A stretch of 64,000 bases of DNA from Lama glama (taxonomy: Eukaryota). The position numbers and the translations under genes are program-made. The stretch is from the NCBI GenBank assembly GCA_028534125.1, contig CM052817.1, forward strand, positions 83,144,001 to 83,208,000, written 5' to 3'. Below the pieces are notes generated by a model. That model had not been told where the DNA came from, ran no database searches, and was given only the letters and a program-made list of their open reading frames with translations. Shown piece by piece: positions 12,830-26,389 of the stretch (position 1 is its first letter; each line of letters begins with the position of its first letter).

Positions 12830-14485
12830 AAGGAAGCAATGAAGGACAAACTTGAAATAGCCCAATAACATGAGAAATGGAACATTGGTGAGAATAACTA
12901 ATGAATGACCACCATACTCCAAAATCAACAGGTACTAAATATAATGGAAACAGTTTATGTGAAATCTTTAGAGATGAATCTAACAAAATAAGTCCAAGAT
13001 TTACATACTGAATACTACAAAAAAATAATCCCAAGAGAAAATTTTAAAGACCTAAATAGACACACTGTGTTCACTCACTGAAAGTTTCAGTGTTGCTAAG
13101 ACATCAGTTTTCTTCAAACTGACTTATAGATTTATCATATTTCCAAACAGATTTTTTGTAGAAATTTACAAGCTGATTCCAAATTTTTATAGAACAGCAA
13201 AGGACACAGCATAGTTAAAATAATTTTTAAGAAGAAAATCAAAGTTGGAGGACCCATATTACCTGAATTTAATATTTATATAAAGCTACAGCAATCAAAG
13301 CAGTGTTGATACTCTCATAAATATTAGACACACAGATCAAGAAAATGAAATGGAGAGACTAGATATGGACCCACACCGATACGGTCACTTTATTCTTGAC
13401 AAATGGTGCCAAGATATTTGATGAAAAAAGGATAATCTTTCCACAAACAATGCAATAACAATTGCACATTTATATGGCAAAGGGAGAAAACAAATCTTGA
13501 CATTTATCTTGCACCTTATATAAAATTGACTCTAAATGAATTATGTATCTAAAAGTACAGACTAAAACATTTTTTTAAAAATATGAAACATAAAAAGCTG
13601 ATAAATGAGATCTTGCAAAAATTATGAACTTAGGTTCTTCAAAAGACAATTAAAAATTAAAACATAACCAACAGGGATAAAATATTTGCCATGTCCATAA
13701 CTGCTAAAATAATTGAAACTAGAATATATAAAAACCTCTTACAACTTATTACTAAGAAAAATATATCTAAATAGGAAAAAGAGTTTAACAATTACCAAAG
13801 AAGAAACAGAGGGAAAAGAAGCGTATAAAATGGTACACAACATCATTAATGATTAGGGAAATGCAAATTCAAGCCACAATGACACACTACTATCTTCCTA
13901 CCAGAATAGCTTTTAAGAAAAGCTGACAAGACTAAACGCTGGTGTGGATATGGAGTGACTGGAACTCAGAAGCCTATACTGCCGGTAGGAGTGCAAAATG
14001 GTACAGCCACTCTGGAAAACAATTTGGCATTTTTTTTTATTAATTAAAGCATTTACTTACCTTATGACCTAATGATCCTACTCTTAGATATTTACCCAGG
14101 AAAAATAAAAACATACATATATGTCCACATAAATACTCTTATGTGATTGTACATAATCACCATGAAATAACATGATTGAATCTCAAATACATTATTCTAA
14201 GTAAAAGTAACCAGACATCAAGAGCTACATACTGTATGATTTCATTTATATAATATTCTGGAAAAGATAAAACCTTAGGGGTAGACAGCAGATCATTTGT
14301 TGCTGGGGACTGAGACTGAGAGACAGATTTTCTGCAAATGGTCACAAGGGAGATTTGAGATCTGTATCTTGCCTGAAATGGTGATGACATGATGGCTTAT
14401 ATTTGCCAAAACTAATCGAACTGTACACTTAAAAGAAGTTAAGTTTTATAATATGAAACTTATGCCCCCATAAATCTGGCCTTAA
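12830..14485 (+). mobile_element. Old LINE-1 (L1ME-like): ORF2 3' half plus 3' UTR
   Basis: 'ttttttgtagaaatttacaagctgattcc', 'tataaagctacagcaatcaaagcagtg', 'gtgcaaaatggtacagccactctggaaaacaatttggca', ending 'aaaactaatcgaactgtacacttaaaa...cataaa'. Confidence 0.85.
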
Positions 14486-14949
14486 ATGTATATAAAGATT
14501 TCAAAAATACAGACAGCAAGGCATAATTGTTTCACTTATTAATCCATTGCTATTAGGAATCTTAATCTTACCCTTTACTTCCACATTTTGGAGTGTTGGC
14601 TTTAAAGTAAAATATCTGAACTTGTTGCCTATCTATTGGAGAAAATCCTTATAATAAGTTTCTTCACAAGGATAAGAATTGATATTTTAGCTCCTACCTT
14701 GATAAAACACTGATCAATTTTACAGAAACAATAGTTTTCAATATTCAAACATTCAATATTCAAAATATTCAAAAATCATTATTTTTCTTTAAAATTCTAC
14801 ATGTCCTACTAAATTCCTACAAAATCTCCAAAAAAGGTAGGGAAACTTCTCTTCCTCTTAATTTTTCAGCAATAGGGTGTATCCAATCCAAAATTACAAT
14901 AAATTTATCTCACCTGCTTTTTGCTTATTTATAATTTCTCTTTCACTGA

Positions 14950-15735
14950 CAAAAGAAATTGAAGATGACACACAGATGGAAAGATACACCCTGTCCATGA
15001 ATCAGAAGAACTAATAATGTTAAAATCACTGTACTACCCAAGGGACCCTAAAGATTCAACACAATCTCTATCAAAATACCACAGAACTAGAACAAATAAT
15101 TTAAAAATTTGTACTGAAACACAAAAGACCTCAAATAGTCAAAACAATGTTTAGAAAAAAGAACTGGGCTGTAGGTATCATGCTCCCTGACTTGAGATGA
15201 TACAAGAAAGCTACAATAATCAAAACAGTATGGTACTGGTACAAAAACAGACACATAGATTGATGGAACAAAATACAGAACACAGAAATAAATCTATCCA
15301 CTTATGGTCAATTAATCTACAACAAAGGAGGCAAGAATATACAATGGAGAAATGACAGTCTCTTTAATGAGTGGTGCTGGTGAAACTGGACAGTTATATG
15401 TAAAAGAACAAAATTAGAGCATTCTCTAACACTATGTACAAAAATAAACACCAAATGGATTAAAGACCTAAATGTAAAACTGGAAACCAGGAAATACCTA
15501 GAAGAAAACATAGAAGGAATACTCTTTGACATAAATTGTAGCAATACTATTTATAGATCTGTCTCCTAAAGCAAAGGAAGTAAGAACAAAATATTAAAAA
15601 TGGAACCTAATTAAACTTTAAAGCTTTTACACAGCAAAGGAAACCATCAACAGAATGAAAAGAAAACCTCTTGAAGTGTTAGAAAATATTTCCAAATGAT
15701 AAGACTGATAAGGGATTGATATCCAAAATACATGA
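14950..15735 (+). mobile_element. Internal LINE-1 ORF2 fragment lacking both termini
   Basis: 'aaagaaattgaagatgacaca...aaagctacaataatcaaaacagtatggtactgg...aaatggattaaagacctaaatgtaa...ataagggattgatatccaaaata'. No 3' UTR or poly(A). Confidence 0.9.
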
Positions 15736-16099
15736 TTACTCACTGATTCAATAGTTTGTTATACTAACTTTTCTGTAGAGTGAGACATATCTAATATTTC
15801 TGGGAAATGAAAGCAACAATGGGAACTCTAAAGTCACTTTCTGATTTTCTGTTATGTTACTAAGAAAATAAAGAACATACTCAAAGAGACTCACCAAAAA
15901 TGCTTTCCAACTCAGTGAAACTTAAACTCAGTGGTTTTGCCAATAAAGATTTATCTGTAAAATAAATAAGCAATTTATCCCCACCATCTTCATAATATCC
16001 ATTATATGTTATGTTTGGACTTTTATATAACACATTCATTAAAGGAAAATTACACCTTCATTTCTACAAAATGTGTTTTACTAGTTCATAAAGCAAAAA

Positions 16100-16350
16100 T
16101 AATAGCTCATGTTCTTGAATGTTTACTGTGTTAGCCAAATATTGTTCCAAATACTTTAATTTATTCTTCATAAAAATCTGAGGCAGATATTACTGTTATC
16201 CTCATTTGAGGGAAATATAGGACATGGAAGCATAGAGTATTTAGGCCATTTGCCCAAGATCACATAGCTTTTGAGTGGAGGAGCCAGAATCTGAACAAAG
16301 ACAATTATGGCACCTGAACTCTCACTCATAACTTCGTTTCAACAGTGCCT
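16100..16350. mobile_element. MIR SINE
   Basis: 'tgaggcagatattactgttatcctcattt...tttgcccaagatcacatagct...ggagccagaatctgaac'. Confidence 0.75.
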
Positions 16351-18733
16351 CTCAATGAGAAAGCTGTTAATAAAACAAAACATGTCTGTTTAAAAACAAA
16401 TACTTAATGGACACATATCAGGTGTTAAATGCCTTTCTGGGGACTGGGGAATGATAGTATCACATTAAATTAACAATTCTTTTAATTCATCAATTTTTAA
16501 ATAAAAATTTTAAACAGCTGGGAAATGTAAGTGTGTTTTCTCTATAGATCTGCCAAAAACTAGTTTGTTTCCTTAAGTCATTTATCAGAACTTTAGTTTT
16601 TTCTATCCATGAAATGAGGAGGTTTCTTTAAGACAGACCTTTGGAATAGCATTTATTTCATCTGATAACATTAAATACAGCCTATACAGATTGAGAAATT
16701 CTCATAATTCATTAAAAGTTTCTTAATTTTCAGGACCTGGCGTGGATTTCTCATCACCCCCCAAAATTATAGAGGTATAAAGGAAGCTATAAACTTAACT
16801 AATTTTAAATTATTTATTGTTATTTTATTCTTACCATTGACTATACACACTTAAAGAGAAGGCTATTTCAGTAAAATTTTCCAATTTTTAAATCCGACTT
16901 TTAGTTATGGGTTGACTTCTCCTACTGGCTTAAACTAGAAAAGATATCTTAAAAAGAAGAAAAGAGTAGATGGAGGGAAGGATGAAGAGAAAATGGGATA
17001 AACAGGTGAAAGGAGAAACTCAGAGCTACCTCTATTTTTTTTTTAATTTGTTTGCTTGTTTTGATTTTCATTTGATTTCACTGATTTTCTTCAGTGGGTG
17101 AAGAGGAAGATTTGAACAGAAGGACATGATACGTCCCTTTAAAGTTTTTCACGTGATTAAGTCAATTATCATTTTCCTCTCTTCAAACAGGAATGACTCC
17201 TTCCTAGGAAGGGCCAACACCTGTTTGGAGAGAACATCTGTTAGGCAAGAGGAAATATTGGGAGATAAGCTGCTTACTCAGACAGTTAGGACATCATGAA
17301 GAAATTATAATAAACTGAGAAATTAAGATTAGGTTCTAAGCATAATTAACAGTTCTTAAGGTGCCAAATGCTGTCATTTTTAACATATAATTAATGGGGT
17401 TGGAAGCTTTCAGTGATTGTCAGCAACTCTGGATGATAGTAGCTCAACAATCTGTTCAAAAGCATTTATTTGGTAGTGGGGAACAGGTTTACCAGGGTTA
17501 GTCCTTACAAGAGAGCACATACTGAAATTCTGTCAGCTTGTATAGTTTTGGGCACAGTCTACCGCAAGTCAGGTCACCATAAGCAGAATATGAGGGTTTT
17601 CTATTATCTGACCCCTAGGATTGGGATGCCTGCTTTAAATATATGTAAACATGTATGTATGTGTGTGTTGTAAATGCAAAGATAGTGATGGTAACAAAAA
17701 CACTGTTATTTAGATCTTTATAATTGTTTAATGTTTAACATATATGATCTTCCCTGTTCCAAAAATCCTGTGAGACAGACTGGCCACACAATCCCTTTAT
17801 TTTAAAATGAGAAAACATCTCCAAGTGGTTAAGTGATCTGAGCCAGCTACAGGGCTTAAACATAATAAATTTTGAAATTTAATTCCATATAATGCCTTGA
17901 ATACATTCACTAAAACACAAAATGGATGTGTTAGGATTCAAATTTTAACACTGGAATGGAACTTAGAAGCATTATCCAACATATTCCACACCCACAGTCC
18001 CCTCCAATACACACAGATGCACACACAGGTGTGCACACACTTATTCAAGCTCTGCAGCTCTTTACTGTAATTTCTGGAAAACCCCAAGTTAGAATTCAGA
18101 TTTCTAATCTTTCCTCTATACCAGCACTATAATTTCCTTCCTTCAAAAAACCTGAAGAGAGATAAATCTAACGTCATAAACTTTTCTTTTAAAATACATT
18201 GTGTGCTTTTCAAGCTTCAAAGTGGAAAGAGATACATTTTCTTAAAATATTAATTTCAGATTTTTGTTTTTGTTTATAAAATTTGTTTATAAAAGGGAAT
18301 GAATAAATTTCAAGAAAAGACTATAATGCTGGTTAAGGCTATAATTCTAGGTTTTCAATATTTCCAAGGAATTGCTCCTCCCATTCTTTACAGCAAAGAG
18401 CCTAAGGGCTGACAAAATCAAACATTAACAGAAAAGTATCCAACTTCTCCTTCAAGGTGGGCACAAAGACAACACAGGCTAATGAGGAAACTAATCCAGT
18501 TTAGGGCATGCTTCTTGCACTGATAAAGAGGTCCCTGTGTAATCTGAATCCAGTGTTACCTGATTACTCTTCCACCTAAAGTGATAGCAAACATCTGCAA
18601 AAGAATTTTGACTAGTCAATAGTTTTGTAACCATGTAACAGGTGTCCTAGACTGTCAGTAGATATCAGGACACAAAAGAAGTACAAGCTGTGGTAACTGT
18701 TCTCAGGAAGCCTGCACTCTAATTGGAAGAAAA

Positions 18734-19938
18734 CTGGAAAGATACAGTCCACCAAGACTGAATCAAGAAGAAACTGACCGCTTGAGCTAACTGATCACTA
18801 GAAATGAAATCGAATTAGCAATAAAAAACCTCCCTACAAATAAATGTCCAGGACTGGATGGCTTTACCAGGGAATTCTACCAAACATACAAAGAACTCAT
18901 TCCAGTCCTTCTCAAATTCTTCCAGAAGATTGAAAAGGAGGGAATACTCCCAAACTCATTCTATGAAGCCACCATCACCCTGATACCAAAATCAGGCAAA
19001 GACACTACAAAAAAAGAGAATTATAGGCCAATATCACTGATGAACATAGATGCCAAAATCCTTACCAAAATATTAGCAAATAGAATCCAACAGCACATAA
19101 AAAAGATTATACATCATGATCAAGTGGGGTTCATCCCAAGGACACAAGGGTGGTTCAACACACGCAAATCAATCAATGTAATACATCACATCAACAAGAG
19201 AAAGGACAAAAACCACATAATCATCTCAATAGATGGAGAAAAAGCTTTGGATAAAATTCAACACCCATTTATGATAAAAACTCTCACCATAGTGTGTATA
19301 AAGGGAATGTATCTCAACATAATAAAAGCTATATATATCACAAATCTAAATAAAGTTGATTAAACTTGTACTTGTTAGGTTCTCAGTATTGTAAATCAGT
19401 AAACTTAAGGGCATTAAGAGATGTTTTCATACAGCCAGCATAGTACTCAACGGTGAAAAACTCAAAAGCTTCCCACTAAAATCTGGGACAAGACAAGGAT
19501 GCCCACTATCACCACTCATATTCAACATAGTCTTGGAAGTCCTAGCCACAGCAATCAGGCAAGAGAGAGAAATAAAAGGGATCCAAATTGGAAAAGAAGA
19601 GGTAGAAGTGTCACTATATGCAGATGACATGATACTATATGTAGAAAACCCTAAAAGGTCCACACAAAGACTACTAGAGCTGATTGAAGAATTCAGCAAT
19701 GTAGTAGGTTACAAGATTAACATACAAAAATCAGTTGCATTTCTTTATACTAATGATGAATCAACAGGAAAAGAAAGTACAGAAACAATCCCCTTTAAAA
19801 TAGCACCCAAAGTAATAAAATACCTAGGAATAAATCTAACCAAGGAGGTGAAAGACTTATACATGGAGAACTACAAAACTCTGATAAAGGAAATTAAAGA
19901 AGACTTTAAAAAATGGAAAGATATCCCATGCTCCTGGA
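18734..19938 (+). pseudogene. LINE-1 ORF2 reverse-transcriptase-domain fragment, disrupted
   Basis: ORFs 19040-19363 ([33 protein letters not shown]...[14 protein letters not shown]) and 19533-19964 ([40 protein letters not shown]...[21 protein letters not shown]) are canonical L1 ORF2 RT with the YADD motif. An 86-bp non-L1 insert interrupts them. Confidence 0.97.
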
Positions 19939-21109
19939 ATAGCATATCAAGAAGTTCAGAATAACTAAGTACTAAACAGATTGGGACTAACCACAAATTC
20001 AGTCTGAGTTCAGAGAAGAACATATCTGTACAACCCTCACTGTTCCAAAACTATGAATCCAGTAGCCTATTGCATGTAAACTTTACATCAGTTTCTTCCT
20101 CAACATTTTCACAGTATATCTGGGTTTAGAGACCAGTATTTACAAGCAGAGGAAGAAGACGTCAAGCACAGATGCTCCTCTCTTCACTGTATTATACTTA
20201 CTGTCATCTGGTGTCACTAATGGTTTTAAATTATATAAGAGAATTTGAAAGTTTTACAGATTTCCTTCAGCCTTCGAGTTGGTGGACTGGATTATTTGTG
20301 GTATACCTGTTCGAAATCAATAAAGATTTTTCGATACTGATGTTCAAATAAAACCTGCTACTTTAACACCACTCCCAGAATCAGAGCAGTTCACATATTC
20401 TCCTGACGGATCAGAAACAACTTCAGAAGGCACAAATTTCTTAATAACTTTTGTATGATTTAGATACTTGGATTACACCATAGAAAATAGGATAAATATT
20501 CTCCAAGATTCTGACAGTATGATATAACTGTCAGAAATTAGGAATGACATCAAAAGAAAATTGATCTTGCCCTGGAAATACTGTCAGAAAAAAATACATA
20601 CTGCCAAGCATTCTATAATTAGTATCAATATTTTGGCATAATTAACAAGTTTTAATTTGTTCATATGCGATAGATAGCTCAATATACTTATCACTGAGGA
20701 TATATCTTGCAATGTATTCTTCTAATAAGCACGTGTACTAAGAAAGCATGTGACATAAATAAATTTAATATGATGAAATGCAGATTCTTATTTTTAGTGA
20801 AATTGGGAAACTGCCCACAATGTTTGAAACATTTCCAGATCACTATCACCTTAGCCTTAGTTTAGGAGATTTGAGACAAGCTTAAATAAAATTCTAAAAT
20901 ACATGCAGAAATATTTCTTGAGAAAAATCTTCACTATGCTCACAGTTCTTGATGCAGTCTGTTTCTCCATCTCAACGACAAATATATGCAGAGTCTTGTC
21001 TAGGAGACTTAGTTTTCACAAAGGAATGTCAACTTCATCATGCATTTGTTGGATTCTGAATTATTTGTAGCCAAGCATCCATCTTTCTTTGACAGTGTAA
21101 AATTAGGCA

Positions 21110-22040
21110 GACTTGACTCAAAAATATAAAGTATGAAAAATTAAAATGCAAATGAAAAACTGAAATAATACTTATGTATGACAAAGGATTAACAGCTTGA
21201 CTGTATTAAGAATTTTAAAATACTGCACCAAGAATTTTTTAGATGTGTTCTGCAAAAAAAATAATGAGTTTAAAGTGACAACATTTCTTAAAGTCAGTTT
21301 GGAACTATAATAATCAGAATAATTACTAACATTAATTGGATGCCATGAACATGCTTAGTACTTTTATTTAATATCAAATGCAATCTCATAGCAAACCTAT
21401 AAGGAAGATAATACTATAATCCCTAATTTTCAAATCAAGAAACTGAACCACAAAAATGTTAAACAACCTATTTAAAGTCAAGGAGACATGAAGTAGATAA
21501 ACCAATATTCAAATTCATGTGGTTGGACCTCAGAGCCTAAAAATTGGTTTGAGACCTTTGATCCAGTCAAAACTCACACTGTCTTCTAGAAATGTTTTCC
21601 AATAAATTATTAAGGATTCACACAAAGATTAACGCACAAACATGCTTAGGGCAGCGTCATTTATAACAACAAAATCTCGGAGACAGTATTCATTCCTAAT
21701 CCTAGGATATTGGTTGAGTAATTTATGGTTACTCATACATAGTCATGCAGCAATTTAAAATCATTTCTCAAAGAATTTTCCAGGGCATGGAAAATGGTCA
21801 GATATACTGCAGTGTGAAAAAAGCAATATGTGAAATATAAGTCCAAATTTGTATGTGAAAATTAGGTTGGTATTAATAGAGGGCAAAATTGCTAGAATGA
21901 TACATATCAACATGTTTGTAACAACAGTTATTTCTGGCTAGAGAAATTCTAGATTTTTCATTTCTTGTTTTATAGCTTTCTGTGTTTCAACAGTTTCTAT
22001 TAAAAAAATCATTTATTACATCTAGTTTTTAAGTTGGAAA
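21110..22040 (+). mobile_element. Old L1ME-type 3' region interrupted by a MIR (~21315-21540)
   Basis: 'tatgacaaaggattaaca', 'catgcttagggcagcgtcatttataacaacaaaa', 'ttggttgagtaatttatggttactcatacat' flank MIR-like 'aaacctataaggaagataatactataatccctaattttcaaatcaagaaactgaa'. Confidence 0.55.
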
Positions 22041-22269
22041 AAACTCATAATTTGTGGAATAACCATAACAACTTTTAAGCCTTAACTATATCCATTCTAT
22101 TTACCTCCCTTGGTTTCTACTTTTTATTTCATTTTTCCTTAGGTATAGTTTTTTTAATTTCTTATTTGTAGTTTACCATTTACTGTTGGTGCTTTTATTG
22201 TAAAATGTCTTAAATGCTAATGGAATCCGATATAAAACTGCAAAATGTAAACAGTTTAGTAGCCTCATC

Positions 22270-22500
22270 TGAAACTCCCATTACCTCCATTATCAGATCT
22301 AAAACACATTACTAATGTAACACACAAACTTGAATAAATGGTCCTTTTTAACCAAATGCAAATCCATTATACTGTCTTTTCACGTTTAATCCCCCATCAG
22401 CTGAACATTTTACATAAATTTTTGCAAAAACATCATTTGATCTGAGGACATCTCCCAGAACCTGGAACATATTTTTCCAGTCTGCAACTTGCAGTATAAA
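22270..22500 (-). mobile_element. Possible CR1/L3 LINE remnant
   Basis: Minus strand 'gacagtataatggatttgcatttggttaaaaaggaccatttattcaagt' loosely resembles the L3 ORF2 segment encoding KCKVLHLG. Weak similarity. Confidence 0.3.
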
Positions 22501-25500
22501 TATCATATACATGCTTTCCAAGAGACTTTGACATATCATAGTATCTTTACATACAACTTTTATGTGTGCTATTCATTTGCATAGAAATCTAATACTTTTG
22601 AAAGCACTTTCATATGCATTATTTCAATTAATCCTTATAACAAGCCTACAAAACAAGTATCACTGGACAAAGTTAACAGATAAAAACGTCACGATAGGCA
22701 CCAATTCTATTATTTTTCTAACAAAAGATTTACTTTCTTTAGCATCACTAGCAGATTTGGCAATATTGTCTCCACAATATATGTCGTGAATTGGTGCTTT
22801 CAGAGAAGCATTTTGAGGACCACCAGAATTTCTGATTCCATCCAACTCAATATTGTTTATTACAACCATGAGCTAAGATTTAAAAAAAAATTCTGGGAGC
22901 ATATATATATCATCCACTCATATGTATATGCCTGTCGCACCAGACTGAACTTTGCTAAAATGTGTATTCAGTGTATGCCAAGCATATCACACACACATAC
23001 ACCCACACAAACACACACACACACAGAGGCTTTTCCTGTGCTGAATAATTAAGCTTTAGATGTGTTCTTCCTTAAAGATGAAATATAGACTTCTCATTAA
23101 AAGTCAAATCTTCCCTTTCAAAATACAGAAAAAAATGTTCCTTTTTTAAAACCCCAGATGGTTAAATGAATGCTTTTGAAATTTTTCTGCTTGAGAGTAT
23201 TCTTTAGTCTAATAATTCCCCTGAGACTCTTCTCTCTCTCAGTTCTCATAATAGTCTCTTCTCAGTCTTCAATCACTGTTACTTTTAACAATAATGGCCG
23301 TTTCCTTGCCTTCAAAGTTCCTCTTCCATTGTTTCCTCAATGACTCTCCCTTCTCTCTAATGACTCCCTGGACAGGTTGCATTCTGGAAATCCAACCAAC
23401 CCAGCCCCTGCCTCTCTCTCTCTGCATTTGTATCATTCACATATCTCTGAAAGCACTAGTGATACAGTTTCTAAAAATACCTCTTGGTCATGATGATACC
23501 TTCCTGAGTTAGATTTTAGCTCCACTATTCATTTTTCTACTCTTAGAGACTATCAGGAATTACAAACACAAAGGTGAATCTTTTCCAATACCCTAACCTT
23601 TACTTACCACAGGCAAGTAGGCACCACTGCACTTTATAAAGCTAACTCATATATAGTGACCAAAGACTGAGAGAACCAGTGCAGCAGGAGGAAAATAAAT
23701 GTAATGAAAAATGAAGTGTTTGTGGAGAGGGGAAGACCTAGCCCCAGGTGACAGAAACCTAGCTGAAAACCCTAAAATTTGCGACAAATAAATGAGACTT
23801 CTCTATGCACATTCAGACATTATTCTTTCCCCAAGTCATTTTATTATAGGATTTCTACTGAAGACATCAAGTAAAAGATTCTAGAACAAGAGCTAAGGTG
23901 TTGGCATTATGGATGTATTTAATGCAGCACATTTAAGCCCAGAGTTTGTGAGATGTGTAAAAATGTGTCTGTAAGTGTCCGTCTTAGGAAAATGTTGATC
24001 AGAAATGTTGATGCTCTCAACCATCACTTCGAATTTGTGCAAAGCATTAACCATCACATTGAAAGATCCACAGTTTAGTCTTCGTTGCTCTCACATGTGC
24101 TTAGCTTTGACTGTGCCAAAAAAGTGGGCATTCTGCCTCCAAAAACAACAAGTGGTTGTATTCTTCATATTCTCTGCCCCCCTTGATGACACCCCTGATT
24201 GCATCTAACCTGCCAGCAGAACTGGACTGGAAAACAAGAGCTTTCATTTGGCCACAAGAACAAAGAACAATTGTTTCTGTTAAGCAGTGAAGTTTCTAAT
24301 GCAGCCAGAGGTTACAGAAAAGAATCCTCAGAAGGGAAGGAGAAAAAAAATCCCCATCATGTCAGCACTGTCAGTGACCAAAGCCATACTCCAGTGTATG
24401 ACCTATGGCCCTCAAAGCAGACAAATATTTCTTCCTCTATAAAGTGAGTGTTATTTGATTAAATGAATGTTTCTCTAATAAATAGCATACTAAAGGTCTT
24501 TCAAAAAGCTCTGAACAACCCTCTTATCTGGAGCCAAATAAAAGATATACTGGCAAAAACAAAACTTTCATCCAAATTAATAATGTCTTTATATATCCCT
24601 GTCCAGATCTGCCCTGGCTCAAGACTGGGAGGCATTTCCCCAGTAATTGTCCTCTAACCACTGAGTTTTCAAGCAAAGCCAGCGTTCTGTCTATTAAAGT
24701 TAATAGGCCCTATTTCTGAAGGTGTCTTTGTCCTCTTGGTCGTTATCACTGTGTGATAATTAGTCAATCACAAAAGGGCTGATTATTTCACATGTCAGTA
24801 CAAAAGCACTTTGGATGCTATTTAAAATTAAAAAAAATAAAATGTGACCTAACTTCAGTACAAGATATATACAGTCCCCTCTTGATTTTCCTTTCTTTTT
24901 TTTTTTTTAATCTTCACTCTTCTCCTTTTTGAAATCTGATTTTTTGGTCGGAATATACTATCCGCATATTCTGAAAGTGGCATTAGTGAAAAGGAAACTC
25001 CTAGTGATACCTCAGGAGCCTGAATGAGTTGCTCATCTTGGACCATCACCTTCTGGGCATCATCCCAGACATAACATCACTGTTCATTTGAGAACTAATT
25101 GGTACCCATATTGGTGGCTGCTAGAAAATTAAACAGGCAGATCACTCTCTCATCTCCGTATTTAAGATGTCTCCATATTCAAGATCTGTGGTAAAGTAGT
25201 AAATGAGAACATACACTTCTTCTTGTAATATATGCCACAATAACTTAAAGGTGAACACAAAATAAGTAGCACAGTGCTTTAATCTTCCAAGTGAACTAAC
25301 TTCTCTCTGAGAACAAAATATAATGAAACTTGGAATCTGGTATCTGCTCTATAAATTTACTTCCTAGACAATTAGGACCCCAGAATGCTGACTCAGACTA
25401 GGTTCCCACATCTTGGATGTGCTTAAAGTGAAGTGCCCCTCGTCCACAGTTATTGGCATGGATCAAATGATTTACTGAGAAAAATACACACAGACGAGCT

Positions 25501-25654
25501 CTGGCACCAATAAAGGTGTCTGAAGTGTCAATTACAAAAGAGGCCAGACGCTCAGTGAAAAGTAAAATAATAACAGATACTACGTACCCACTGCTGACTG
25601 TGGTTACCAGTTTCAATCTTACAATGACCTCATGAGGGTTTACTTTGGGGTGAT

Positions 25655-26070
25655 ATTAGTTGGGGTATAAGATGAGCAGCTGTAGCTGTAACAAACAGAG
25701 CCAAAGTACAAGGGCTTAGACAAAGCAAAAGATGATTCCTCTCTTATGGAAAATTCCAGGACAGGTAATGGGCTCTGCTCCACAGGGGTGTCTGGGGACT
25801 CTGCTGCTGGGGCTGCTCTACCTGCCTTCACTTGTGGTTTCCATATCTGTGTGTAAAGTGATTGCTACAGTTGTCACCACGATCCAGCAGGTATAAAACA
25901 AAAAGCAGGAAGTTCAAGGGAAATGGTGGGCCTTTGAGCAGCACCTGGGAGGTTGCCACATCACTTCCCACAAATAAGCAAGATCAGGAGAGATTCACTG
26001 AGGTGTCTTTGCATGGTTGCAAAGTATGGAAAATGTGTGGTAGAGATCACTGCCATTTATCTGTGTGATC
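25655..26070 (-). mobile_element. MaLR MLT1 LTR remnant
   Basis: 'tagctgtaacaaacagagccaaagtacaagggcttagacaaa...gctctgctccac...cacatcacttcc...tggaaaatgtg'. Confidence 0.65.
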
Positions 26071-26389
26071 ATGGGCAAAACATTGGCCCTCTCTGGACCA
26101 TCATTTCTTTACATGTAAAACTTTAAAGTTATTATTTCCAAGGACCTCTGCAGCTCTGAAATTCTATGGTTATGTTTATAAATATGCACATGTAAATATA
26201 AAACTGATAATGTGCTACAGATTAGGAATTTAGAGGAATCAGATTTGAACCAATCTGTCCTAGCCTGAGCTTTGGAGAAGCTGCCCCTTTTGTTTGATTT
26301 TTATCATTTTATAGCCAGCATTATCCAAAATAAGTTTTATGTAACTTTAATCACATAAAGTGTTCTGAGAAAAAAGTGCCCTATGGCAT

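Noticed and set aside
19040..19964. RT ORFs as a functional or novel reverse transcriptase (retron- or DGR-like)
   Set aside because: Ordinary L1 ORF2, truncated at both ends and broken by an insert and stops.
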